Source: an uncultured virus (IMG/VR IMGVR_UViG_3300046820_000335) (taxonomy: Duplodnaviria > Heunggongvirae > Uroviricota > Caudoviricetes). Taken from it: a stretch of DNA of 64,000 bases. Position numbers and translations under genes: made by a program. The notes below the pieces were generated by a model, which worked only from the letters and a program-made list of their open reading frames with translations, did no database searches and had not been told where the DNA came from. Below are positions 29,301 through 37,920 of the stretch, one piece after another; within the stretch, counting starts at the first letter, position 1; each line of letters begins with the position of its first letter. The stretch lies in the IMG/VR virus record IMGVR_UViG_3300046820_000335. One strand, 5' to 3'.

Positions 29301-32300
29301 TGCCGGTTCAGCAGGTTCAGTAACATTTATCAACCAATGTTTAGATTACATTATTGCAATCGTAACGTCTGGAACTTCGGCAGCACCTACTATCACAGTA
29401 ACTAGCATTACTGGTTCAAACACATGCAATACAGCATCTGCACACGGATTGCTAGTTGGTGATACATTTACACCAACTTCAACCGCAAATGGATTAACAT
29501 CCGGTGTTGAATATTACATTGTTAGCGCAGGTATTAGCTCGTTTACTCTAGCAACATCCTTTGCCGGATCTGCAATAACATTAACTAACGGTACTGGGCT
29601 AACTGTTGTAGGCAAAGTTATTAATACTCCTGCAACATCGTGGGCAAGTGGTGCAATGGTTACAGCATTTACAACTCTAAGTGCTGCTAGAAATACCATT
29701 GTTTCTAACATGACCAGCTATTTGTCTTCAAACTATCCAAGTTTAGTTTACAACTCTGCAAAGTGCGAAAGAGATGCAAAGATGATTATTGATGCTGTTG
29801 GCTATGACTTCATGTTTGCCGGCAACTTCCAAACTCTTAAGGCAGCTTATGCATATCTAAGAGCCAGTGCCAACGATGTATTTGATCTAGGCCAGAAGAC
29901 TGCTACAAGAGCAGCTTTTGAATATGTAAGAACACAGGCTAGAGCAAACGTAGGCGGCAATACAATTGCACAGTCTAGAATTGATACTCTAATGCAACTA
30001 CTCGATGATGTTGTATTCACAGGTTCAGTTGAAGGAACAAACGTCTTAAACCCACTGCGTAATACACACTATGCTGCTCGTCAGTTAGAGTTGAATAAAG
30101 ACTTTATTGCTGCCGAAATTGATGCATACATTTCTGCAACCTATACAGGTACAGCAACTGTAACATCTTCTGGTACTAATGTTATTACTACTTCCAGCAC
30201 TAGCTGGTTACAAAGAGGAACAGCTATTAGATTCACTGGAACAACATTTGGTGGAATCGAAACTGGAACAACTTACTATGTTTTAAACGTTGTAAGTTCA
30301 ACAACATTTACTGTTGGTGAGTCTAGAACAGGAACAGCAAAGGTACTAACTGCTGCAACTGGATCAATGACATTTGATCTATATTACAACAGTGACCTGT
30401 GCCTAAGAGATGTGGTGTCTTATGTTGATGCAGTAAAACACGATCTAGTCTATACCGGAAACTACAAATCATTATTGGCAGCTCGCTATTATGCTAACTC
30501 TGTTATCGGCAGTTTAGAAGAAGACATGTACTATCTAAGAAATGGTACTGGTATCCGCAACCAAACACTTGAAGGTCTATACGGCGATTTAACATCTACT
30601 AACGAATACGGTACTAGTCGTGTTACTGCTGGTGCTTATGTTTCTCTAGATCCAGGTTGGGGCCCAGCCGATGAGCGTACTTGGATCACTAGCCGTAGTC
30701 CATATGTTCAAAACGTTTGTACATTTGGTAACGCTGCGGTAGGACAAAAGATCGACGGTGCATTACACAATGGCGGCAACAGATCTATCGTGTCTAACGA
30801 CTTTACACAGATTATCAGTGATGGTATCGGTGCATGGGTAACTAATAACGGTCGTGCAGAACTTGTTTCTGTGTTTACATACTATTCACATATTGGTTAT
30901 CTATCAGAGAATGGCGGTCGTATCCGTGGTACAAACGGTAACAACTCTTATGGAGATTTTGGTTCTGTAGCAGAAGGATTCGACAGCTCAGAAACACCAA
31001 ACACTGGTATTGTTGACAATAGATATCAGTTTACTGCAACTGTTGGTTCAGTGTTTACTGACAGCAATAAAGTTGTTGCATTTGAATTTGATAACGCAGG
31101 AACTAACTACTCAGAAGTTGATTGGAATATTACAGGTGCAGGTCTTAATGCTGACTCTGAAGGAAACGAATTCCGTGACGATGCAGTATTCCAAGTTAGA
31201 CTACTTGATTTAGGTAACGATTCTAGCGGTCAGTATGGCGGCGAAGGGTATGTAACTAACTCTAACACAGCACAAGGTGGTACAACAACAAGCATTACTG
31301 TTGCTGCGACTGATCAAGAAATCAGTACTGCATATGTAGGAATGAAAGTTGTGCTAACAGGTGGAACAGGTGTCGGACAATATGGTGTAATCAGTGCTTA
31401 CAATGCAGGTACTAAGGTTGCAGCAGTAGTTAAAGAAAGCACAGGTGCTAGCGGTTGGGATCATATGATTCCGGGAACTGCATTAGTTGTTCCAGATGCA
31501 TCTACTACCTATACTATTGAACCAGCAGTTTCGTTTACTGGCCCTAGCTTTGCAGCCACAGCCAGCACATTACCGAGCAGCAGTGTTTGGGTTGATTCAA
31601 CATACGGCGACGTTTATGTAACCTATTCAGCAGTTTCTGGAACTACAAGTGGTAGTGGCATTAGTGCAACATTTAATGTTACACGCAAAGGTCTAGCATA
31701 TTCAGTAGAGGTTAATGCTGCCGGAACAGGCTACGAAAGACTTGACACTATTACTATTGCCGGAACTTCGGTAGGCGGCGTATCAACCACTAACAATGTA
31801 ACACTGACAATCACTTCTGTGAACTCAACTACAGGTGCTATTCAAGCATTTGATACAGAAGGCAGTGCTCAAGGTGGTGCATATGTTGCAATCGCTAACA
31901 ACACAACTGCTACAGCACGTTCTATAGATGGTATTACATGGAGTGCAGGTGGAACATTACCTAGCTCTACAGCGTGGACTACTGTTGCAAACGGTGTTCT
32001 AACTATTACCGAAAACGCAGGTAGCTTTATTGTTGGTAGAACATATACTATCCTAGATATTGGAACTACCAACTGGACTGCTATCGGTGCAAGTGCAGGA
32101 ACTATTGGCACTAGATTTGTGGCCACAGGAGCAGGATCTGGTACAGGCACAGCAACTCCGACAGCATCTGCTATGGTTGCAGTTGCTCAAAACGGAACCA
32201 ACGCATACTCACACAATGCAGGCGCAACTTGGACAGAAGGCGGCACGATGCCTACTAGCTCAAGCTGGAACGAAGTAGCTTATGGTAACGGAAGATTTGT

Positions 32301-33897
32301 TGCAGTAGCTTCCTCTGCTACAACTACTGCCTACTCTACTACAGGTGGCCGTTCTTGGACAGCTGGTGGAGCATTACCATCCAGCGCAAGCTGGACAGGT
32401 CTTGCGTATGGTGCAGGTACATGGGTAGCAATAGCTTCTGGATCTAACTCAGCAGCAAGTTCTACAGACGGTGGAGTAACATGGACTGCAAGAACTCTTC
32501 CTAGCTCAAGCAACTGGAGTTCAGTAACCTACGGTAACGGAAGATTTGTTGCAGTTTCTGCAACAAGTGGTACTGTTGCAGCATATAGCTTAGATGGTAT
32601 TACATGGACAGCTAGTACATTGCCTGCTACAGCTTTGTGGACCGACATTACATACGGACAGGGCGTATTCTTAGCAGTTAGTCAAACAACTGCTGGCGCT
32701 ACATCTGAAGACGGTATTGTGTGGACAAGTCGTACAATGAGCACTGCTGCTAATGGATTTAGCAGTGCTGCATTCGGTAATCCAAATAGATATGGACAGT
32801 TTGTTGCTGTTCAAAGATCTACAGCAGGAACAGTTGCAAGTTATGTTAGAACTGGTGCAAAAGCAAGAGCTAGAGCATATGTATCGCAAGAAAAGATTTT
32901 TGCAGTACGTATTGTCGAACCGGGATCTGGTTATGCATCTGCACCAACAATGACTATTACTGATCCTAGCAACATCTACGAAGCACCATTTACAGTTAGA
33001 TTAGGCAAAGGCGCACTAGCAATGCCAAGCATGACTAACAGAGGTGTAGGGTATGTTGCTGCTGGAGCAGAAGTATTAACAGGTAATGGTTACGGTGATT
33101 TCTACCAAAGCGGATCTTATGTTGCTGTACGTAGATTAACTCAACGTCCAGTAGCTGGATCAAACGTAGTATTCGGCGATCTTCCAGGCAGAACATTTAA
33201 ACTAGTTAACGTTCTATCGTTTAGAGGTAACTACGACGGGTCTTATACTGCACAGTTCCAGGTTAGCCCAACTCTTGCAGTAAATGAATCCCCAGAACAC
33301 GGTGATGATGTTACAACAAGAATTCGTTATAGTCAGGTTCGTTTAACTGGTCATGATTTCTTAGATATTGGAACTGGCAGTTTCACAGAAACTAACTATC
33401 CAAATACTCCTACACAGGATCCAATACAGGCAAATGAAACTGTAGAAGGAAACGGAGGACGAGTATTCTTTACAAGTACAGACCAAGATGGTAACTTCAG
33501 AGTAGGCGATTTGTTTACTATTGAACAATCAACTGGTATTGCAACATTGAACGCTGATGCATTCAACATTGCAGGTCTACAAGAACTTACACTTGGCGAG
33601 GTGACCTTAGGCGGTGCATCGGCAAGTATTACTGAGTTCTCAACAGATCCGTTCTTTACTTCGGATTCGGACAGCGTTGTACCAACCCAGCGTGCTATTA
33701 AAGCATATATTAGCTCACAGATCGGTGGTGGTGGTGCTTCATTGAACGTAAATAGTGTAACGGCAGGTTATGTGTTTATCAACACTAATCAGATTACAAC
33801 AACCACAGGCGGAGCTATCCAAATGAAGGCTAGATTCGACTTCCGTGGAGGGGTAACAGGATACCCAGTAGCTTGGAACTACTTTTTAAATAATTAA
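26350..33897 (+). CDS. Giant multidomain tail/fibre protein (2515 aa)
   Basis: MAEFKLGRIRFVWKG start, seven CBM5/12-like repeats, four C-x-R-D helical repeats and propeller-type W..V.YG.GRFVAV repeats; C-terminal RLTGHDFLDIG.G domain shared with 20848..26313. Confidence 0.8.
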   Translation: MAEFKLGRIRFVWKGDWVASTSYYKDDVIRFGGNTYICTVGHVADSNFYTDLDFVPTKWNQMTAGQEWKDVWTTSTFYKLGDLVKYGGTVYVTNESHTSAATATLGLEQDLAKWDVFAEGFDWKDTWATGTRYKPNDLVKYGGITYVCNTGHTSAATTLLGLEDHQSNWDEFNEGLQYRGDWSGSSIRYRVNDVVKYGAGTWICIAAHVSTGTFATDEANWNQFNEGVEFGGDWSSATTYQPGDVVRYGGNQYVAKTNHVNSVPTTGTTDWDLFSEGFRYYNDWSNSTSYKIGSVVRLNGHTYLAKADSPRTAITVTASSSSTNRFTTSATTGMVAGMTIMFTGTTFGNVLPNAHYYVKSVISLTEFTITTTPAGATFTPSTGSGSMGGLAAAMPPNTTYWEKLSAGIKWLGEWTDDVEYHLGDIVRYGSNAYICINDHHSEGDDGSTIGAQGGGAALSRPDRDSTGTYWNIFSVGDETDLLTTRGDLVYFGGAGPTRLPVGIEGQVLTVSESLIPEWTTLGKVDQVYFVANHGTDGTAPVHGLTLDKPWASIRYACEQLEKGPRNPDAARLLELNRPFIQREIVEWIDYQVTNGLTPFTVGFTYDDNKCERDMGFIVDSLIHDIRHGGNQKSRDAALSYVNDAPRVYTLGQEAETVAAINYGLSVIANVLAQESPSTIYQIENGDNSTAIVAQWTDASIAAETGVLSDITGLVGIITDAITAGVDDNVPAQYIPSKVIEVKTGRYREVLPIIVPAETCILGDEVRSTNAGPRGATTSIFDAKYSMGALSRLESVVGDIITGATVTKTSGNAESQVKLFPYGDTSESTLAKRLVRAVQTNVDFRLGTMIGASYPDPTNYNTSYLVGYGNSRKNIKENKGYFQEQVVAFLAEQYPGVKYSTTACKRDVGYIVDALIYDLTYGGYTQSINAGLAYFDGVDGAMMIDSEEITATVAAYNFLKEMLGEAAQAISTGGYATDAVQFKDTAGSAGSVTFINQCLDYIIAIVTSGTSAAPTITVTSITGSNTCNTASAHGLLVGDTFTPTSTANGLTSGVEYYIVSAGISSFTLATSFAGSAITLTNGTGLTVVGKVINTPATSWASGAMVTAFTTLSAARNTIVSNMTSYLSSNYPSLVYNSAKCERDAKMIIDAVGYDFMFAGNFQTLKAAYAYLRASANDVFDLGQKTATRAAFEYVRTQARANVGGNTIAQSRIDTLMQLLDDVVFTGSVEGTNVLNPLRNTHYAARQLELNKDFIAAEIDAYISATYTGTATVTSSGTNVITTSSTSWLQRGTAIRFTGTTFGGIETGTTYYVLNVVSSTTFTVGESRTGTAKVLTAATGSMTFDLYYNSDLCLRDVVSYVDAVKHDLVYTGNYKSLLAARYYANSVIGSLEEDMYYLRNGTGIRNQTLEGLYGDLTSTNEYGTSRVTAGAYVSLDPGWGPADERTWITSRSPYVQNVCTFGNAAVGQKIDGALHNGGNRSIVSNDFTQIISDGIGAWVTNNGRAELVSVFTYYSHIGYLSENGGRIRGTNGNNSYGDFGSVAEGFDSSETPNTGIVDNRYQFTATVGSVFTDSNKVVAFEFDNAGTNYSEVDWNITGAGLNADSEGNEFRDDAVFQVRLLDLGNDSSGQYGGEGYVTNSNTAQGGTTTSITVAATDQEISTAYVGMKVVLTGGTGVGQYGVISAYNAGTKVAAVVKESTGASGWDHMIPGTALVVPDASTTYTIEPAVSFTGPSFAATASTLPSSSVWVDSTYGDVYVTYSAVSGTTSGSGISATFNVTRKGLAYSVEVNAAGTGYERLDTITIAGTSVGGVSTTNNVTLTITSVNSTTGAIQAFDTEGSAQGGAYVAIANNTTATARSIDGITWSAGGTLPSSTAWTTVANGVLTITENAGSFIVGRTYTILDIGTTNWTAIGASAGTIGTRFVATGAGSGTGTATPTASAMVAVAQNGTNAYSHNAGATWTEGGTMPTSSSWNEVAYGNGRFVAVASSATTTAYSTTGGRSWTAGGALPSSASWTGLAYGAGTWVAIASGSNSAASSTDGGVTWTARTLPSSSNWSSVTYGNGRFVAVSATSGTVAAYSLDGITWTASTLPATALWTDITYGQGVFLAVSQTTAGATSEDGIVWTSRTMSTAANGFSSAAFGNPNRYGQFVAVQRSTAGTVASYVRTGAKARARAYVSQEKIFAVRIVEPGSGYASAPTMTITDPSNIYEAPFTVRLGKGALAMPSMTNRGVGYVAAGAEVLTGNGYGDFYQSGSYVAVRRLTQRPVAGSNVVFGDLPGRTFKLVNVLSFRGNYDGSYTAQFQVSPTLAVNESPEHGDDVTTRIRYSQVRLTGHDFLDIGTGSFTETNYPNTPTQDPIQANETVEGNGGRVFFTSTDQDGNFRVGDLFTIEQSTGIATLNADAFNIAGLQELTLGEVTLGGASASITEFSTDPFFTSDSDSVVPTQRAIKAYISSQIGGGGASLNVNSVTAGYVFINTNQITTTTGGAIQMKARFDFRGGVTGYPVAWNYFLNN
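30637..30686 (+). repeat. 50-bp exact repeat, copy 2
   Basis: Identical to 23062..23111. Confidence 0.9.
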
Positions 33898-33910
33898 TGG
33901 AGAATATTAA

Positions 33911-34231
33911 ATGGCAACAGGAATTTTAGGATCAGCAGACCTTTCGGCTGCTACCAATACTACAGTTTACACAGTACCGGCAGATACATTTTCAGTTGTG
34001 TCTATCAACTTAGTAAACAGAGGTGCAACAGCAGCAAACATTAGAATCGCAATAGCAGCTTCTGCTACTCCTACTAATGCTGAATTCATTGAATACGATT
34101 CGCAGATTACTGCAAACGGTGTTTTAGAACGTACAGGTATTGTAGTTCAAGCAGGCAAGCTGATTGTTGTAAGATCTAGTGCGATCAACGTTACCGCAAT
34201 GGTTTACGGTATCGAAACATCAACAGCTTAA
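33911..34231 (+). CDS. Small beta-sandwich structural protein
   Basis: MATGILG..DLSAATNTTVYTVP...NRG...EYD...GVLERTGIV...YGIE; SD GGAG. Confidence 0.8.
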   Translation: MATGILGSADLSAATNTTVYTVPADTFSVVSINLVNRGATAANIRIAIAASATPTNAEFIEYDSQITANGVLERTGIVVQAGKLIVVRSSAINVTAMVYGIETSTA

Positions 34232-34243
34232 TAGGGGAATAAG

Positions 34244-34702
34244 ATGGGAAGAATAGTTTCTTTAGGAATTCAGAGTGCAAGTGTACCCAATATGATTATG
34301 GGAACTACCGCTGAACGTCCATCCGCAGTTAATGCTGGAATTACATTTTACAATAGTACTACTAATCAGTTGGAAGTATATAATGGATCATCATGGCATC
34401 CAGTAAACGACTATCAGCGAGTTGATGTAAGTTCTAGTACAACTGTAACCTCAAACAAATCTTATTGGGTAAATACAAGCTCTAGTGCTGTTACATTAAC
34501 TTTACCAGCAAGTCCTAATCCAGGCGACTTTGTTAAAGTTACTGATGTTGCCGGAACTTTTGGTACTAACAACTGCACTATAGCAAATAACGGTAGACCT
34601 ATTATGCGTCAAAACGACACGATGACTATTAGTACTAACGGTGCTAGTGTTAGAATGGTCTATTATGATAATACTAGAGGCTGGTTATTAGAAGCGATTT
34701 AA
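34244..34702 (+). CDS. Fibre-associated structural protein
   Basis: GTTAERP...FYNSTTNQLEVYNGSSW and YWVNTSSSAVTLTLPASP..GD.V...D...TF.TNN.TI..NG motifs. Confidence 0.75.
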   Translation: MGRIVSLGIQSASVPNMIMGTTAERPSAVNAGITFYNSTTNQLEVYNGSSWHPVNDYQRVDVSSSTTVTSNKSYWVNTSSSAVTLTLPASPNPGDFVKVTDVAGTFGTNNCTIANNGRPIMRQNDTMTISTNGASVRMVYYDNTRGWLLEAI

Positions 34703-34711
34703 GGATAAAAA

Positions 34712-35563
34712 ATGCCGTTTAATTATCAAACACTAAAGAATATCACCTCCGATGCTATTGTAGATGGTTCTTTAGACACAGCAGATTATGCCGATGGTGC
34801 TGTTACTGGAACAAAGCTAGAAGTTGGAGCAGTAACTTCAGGTAAGTTGGCAACAGGTGCTGTTGATTTAGGATCGAGTGCAGTTACTGGTACATTACCG
34901 GTTTCAAAAGGTGGTACCGGTGTATCGTCTTTTGGTGGCGCATATAGAGCATTATACAGTAATGGTTCTAGCTTAGAGTTTAACAATCATGGCATACAAG
35001 GTATGCAGGTGTTTACTGGCAGTGGAACGTGGACTAAACCAGCCGGTGTTAGATATATTCTAGTACAATGTCAAGCTGGGGGTGGCGGCGGATCGGGACA
35101 CGGAGAAGGTGGCGGAGCAGGTGGATACAGCGAAAGATATTTAGACGTTACTGGCATTAGTTCGGTTAGTGTTACTATTGGCGGCGGCGGTGGCGGAACA
35201 TATTATTCAGGTGCTGGTGGTAACGGGGATGGGTCTAGTTTTGGACCATACTTGTCAGCAGGTGGGGGTCACGGTGCCAATAGACAAAATCAACACTCTG
35301 GCGGTGTAAGTGGTGCTGGATCCGGTGGACAACTAAACCTACACCAAGGCGGCGGATTTAGTCATCATGCATATAGTGCTCAATCAAATGCTGATACTTT
35401 CTTTGGCGGTGGTGCACCGAGTAGCCATCCACAAGGAGGCCACTTTGCACACAATCACCAAACACATTGCGCTCCAGGAACAGGTGGTGCAGGCGCACAC
35501 TTTCACGGACATAGGGGCTCAGACGGTCGTCCTGGGATTATTATTGTTACAAGTTTTTATTAA
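34712..35563 (+). CDS. Gly/His-rich adhesin-like protein, paralogue 1
   Basis: M.FNYQ.LKN.T start, AVT..KL repeats, GTLPVSKGGTG, then an FT.SGTW.KP.GV...GGGGG glycine-rich domain with HPQGGHFAHNHQTH. Confidence 0.8.
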   Translation: MPFNYQTLKNITSDAIVDGSLDTADYADGAVTGTKLEVGAVTSGKLATGAVDLGSSAVTGTLPVSKGGTGVSSFGGAYRALYSNGSSLEFNNHGIQGMQVFTGSGTWTKPAGVRYILVQCQAGGGGGSGHGEGGGAGGYSERYLDVTGISSVSVTIGGGGGGTYYSGAGGNGDGSSFGPYLSAGGGHGANRQNQHSGGVSGAGSGGQLNLHQGGGFSHHAYSAQSNADTFFGGGAPSSHPQGGHFAHNHQTHCAPGTGGAGAHFHGHRGSDGRPGIIIVTSFY

Positions 35564-35577
35564 TAAAGAGATAAAGA

Positions 35578-36435
35578 ATGGCATTTAACTATCAAGCATT
35601 AAAGAATTTAACTTCTAGTTCTCTTGTTAACTCAACAGTACTAGGAAATGATGCAAATACCAATGCAATCACTACTGCAAAACTTTCAAATTCTACAATC
35701 ACAGAAAGCGAACTAGCAACTAGTTCGATTGATCTCGGTACTTCAACAGTTACAGGATCGGTTCCTTTTGCACGCGGTGGTACTGGATTAAGCGGGTTTT
35801 CCGGAGCATCTAGGGTATTGGCTACCAACTCTTCAAATAATGCTTTAGAATTTCAACCTAGTGGTATATACAGAATGGTTGTATTTACTAGTAACGGCAC
35901 ATGGTCTAGACCATCAAATGTTCGATATATCAAAGTACAAGTTCAGGGAGCCGGTGGCGGTGGCGGTGGCCATGGCGAATCGGGCGCAGCTGGCGGATAC
36001 GCAGAAAAGATTATTGATGTAACAGGCATTAGCTCTGCATCCGTCACAATCGGTGGCGGCGGCGGCGGAACATACTATAATAATGCAGGCGGCAACGGAA
36101 ATAGTTCAAGCTTCGGACCATATGTGTCAGCTGGTGGAGGTCACGGATGTAACCGACACAACAATCATAATGGTGGATTGCCTGGTGTTGGATCAGGCGG
36201 CGATCTAAATTTATATGGCGGCGCAGGTGGCGGCCACGAGCAACGCTCATCGGGTATGGGCGGTTCTACATATTTTGGTGGCGCAGCCCCAAGTGGACAT
36301 CCGCAGGGTGGCCATTTTAGTCATAATCACCAAGGTCATTCGGCACCCGGTACAGGTGGCACAAGTGGTTACTTTAGTGGACACAGAGGTTCAGATGGAC
36401 GCCCCGGAATTGTTGTTATTACAGAATATTATTAA
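35578..36435 (+). CDS. Gly/His-rich adhesin-like protein, paralogue 2
   Basis: Colinear with paralogue 1; HPQGGHFSHNHQGH and FSGHRGSDGRPG. Confidence 0.8.
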   Translation: MAFNYQALKNLTSSSLVNSTVLGNDANTNAITTAKLSNSTITESELATSSIDLGTSTVTGSVPFARGGTGLSGFSGASRVLATNSSNNALEFQPSGIYRMVVFTSNGTWSRPSNVRYIKVQVQGAGGGGGGHGESGAAGGYAEKIIDVTGISSASVTIGGGGGGTYYNNAGGNGNSSSFGPYVSAGGGHGCNRHNNHNGGLPGVGSGGDLNLYGGAGGGHEQRSSGMGGSTYFGGAAPSGHPQGGHFSHNHQGHSAPGTGGTSGYFSGHRGSDGRPGIVVITEYY

Positions 36436-36446
36436 TAGGGAAAAAC

Positions 36447-37301
36447 ATGGCGTTTAACTACCAAGCATTAAAAAATCTAACAGGCACATCTTTTGTTGAT
36501 GGTTCTATTACCACAACACAGATTGCTGATAGATCCATTCCTAGTGCAGATATTACTGCTGGTGCAGTTACTTCAACAAAGTTAGCATCGGCATCAGTCA
36601 ACATTGCAGGAACTAGAGTAACTGGCTCAATCCCAGTATCAAGAGGCGGAACTGGTTTATCTTCTATCGGATCTGCAAATACTGTACTAAGAACAAACAG
36701 TGCCAATAATGGTTTAGAATATTCAGTAGCTGGATTTTCCGGTATGAGTGTTTTTACAAGTAGCGGTACTTGGAATAAACCAAGTGGCGTTAGATATGTA
36801 AGAATTAAATGTCAAGGCGCCGGAGGCGGTGCTTCTGGGCACGGAGAGTCGGGCGGCGCAGGCGGATACAGCGAAAGAATTTTAGATGTTACTAGTATCA
36901 GCTCGGTATCTGTATACGTAGGTGGCGGCGGTAGCGGTACATACTACTCCAGCGCAGGCGGCAATGGAGATTCAGCATCATTTGGACCATACTGTTCAGC
37001 CAGTGGCGGACATGGTGCTAATAGACAAAATCAGCACTCTGGTGGTGTAAGTGGGTCAGGTTCAGGCGGCGATTTAAATATACACACAGGATCGGGCGGA
37101 TCACATCATCATAGTTTTGGACCAGGTGGCACTAGTCACTTCGGAGGACCGGCCCCCAGTGGACACCCACAAGGTGGACATTTTAGTCATAATCACCAAG
37201 GACACGCTGCACCAGGTACAGGCGGTACTGGTGGATATTTTACTGGACATAGAGGATCTGATGGTCGTCCGGGAATCGTATTAGTTGAAGAATATAAATA
37301 A
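36447..37301 (+). CDS. Gly/His-rich adhesin-like protein, paralogue 3
   Basis: Colinear with paralogues 1 and 2; GSHHHSFG and HPQGGHFSHNHQGH. Confidence 0.8.
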   Translation: MAFNYQALKNLTGTSFVDGSITTTQIADRSIPSADITAGAVTSTKLASASVNIAGTRVTGSIPVSRGGTGLSSIGSANTVLRTNSANNGLEYSVAGFSGMSVFTSSGTWNKPSGVRYVRIKCQGAGGGASGHGESGGAGGYSERILDVTSISSVSVYVGGGGSGTYYSSAGGNGDSASFGPYCSASGGHGANRQNQHSGGVSGSGSGGDLNIHTGSGGSHHHSFGPGGTSHFGGPAPSGHPQGGHFSHNHQGHAAPGTGGTGGYFTGHRGSDGRPGIVLVEEYK

Positions 37302-37320
37302 TCTAGGAGATTAACAAGTT

Positions 37321-37818
37321 ATGAAAAAAGCACTTATTGGATATCAAGGTTGGGTACAACAGATTGTTGAACCAGGTCAAGATTATGACATTTATAATGG
37401 CCCCGATGCCACGATTCAGTGGGTTGATGCTCCTGACGAAATCACGCTAGATTGGACATTAGAATATAGCCCGAGTCAACGAACTATGATTTGGGTTGAA
37501 AGAGACGGTCCGTTTACCAATAACTCTGTTGCACGTAAGGTAGCATACGGGGAATACGGACAACAGTTAGACATGTTGTTTCATGAAATAAGAACCAACG
37601 GTACTATTAGCCAAGATGGAGAATGGTTTCAGCACGTTTCGGCAATCAAGGCTATTATTCCTAAGTCTACAGAAGCAGCAAATTTAACTACTCCCGAGGA
37701 GCAGTTGGCTAGATTGGGTACCGAAGAACCTAGTGAGAACAGAACACCGATTCCTTCAACTACAGAACTTCCAGCATGGAAGAGATATCGCGGATGGAGA
37801 GGATTTCAAGGATCCTAA
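37321..37818 (+). CDS. Hypothetical protein (possible fibre-tip assembly partner)
   Basis: SD AGGAG; last gene before a terminator; RKVAY...QQLDMLFH...W..H..AIKA.IPK resembles small fibre-assembly ORFs. Confidence 0.7.
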   Translation: MKKALIGYQGWVQQIVEPGQDYDIYNGPDATIQWVDAPDEITLDWTLEYSPSQRTMIWVERDGPFTNNSVARKVAYGEYGQQLDMLFHEIRTNGTISQDGEWFQHVSAIKAIIPKSTEAANLTTPEEQLARLGTEEPSENRTPIPSTTELPAWKRYRGWRGFQGS

Positions 37819-37840
37819 ACAACTTTGCTCTAGAGCAAAC

Positions 37841-37866
37841 AAAGGCACTTTAGGGTGCCTTTTTTC
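37841..37866 (+). terminator. Rho-independent terminator
   Basis: AAAGGCACTT-TAG-GGTGCCTTTTTT hairpin with T tract. Confidence 0.75.
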
Positions 37867-37887
37867 TTCTCTCTGCAGAATCTCCGC

Positions 37888-37895
37888 TATAAATA
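37888..37895 (+). promoter_or_regulatory. Late promoter box (TATAAATA)
   Basis: Exact T4 late consensus heading the plus-strand halogenase/oxygenase operon. Confidence 0.75.
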
Positions 37896-37920
37896 ACTGG
37901 CACTTTATAAAGGACATTTC

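Noticed and set aside
32284..32555. 23-bp repeat GGTAACGGAAGATTTGTTGCAGT
   Set aside because: Explained by duplicated propeller blades (GNGRFVAV) within one gene.
34712..37301. Possible diversity-generating retroelement (TR/VR) in the triplicated genes
   Set aside because: Differences are spread over synonymous sites rather than adenine-specific, all three copies are full ORFs, and no reverse transcriptase is in the window.
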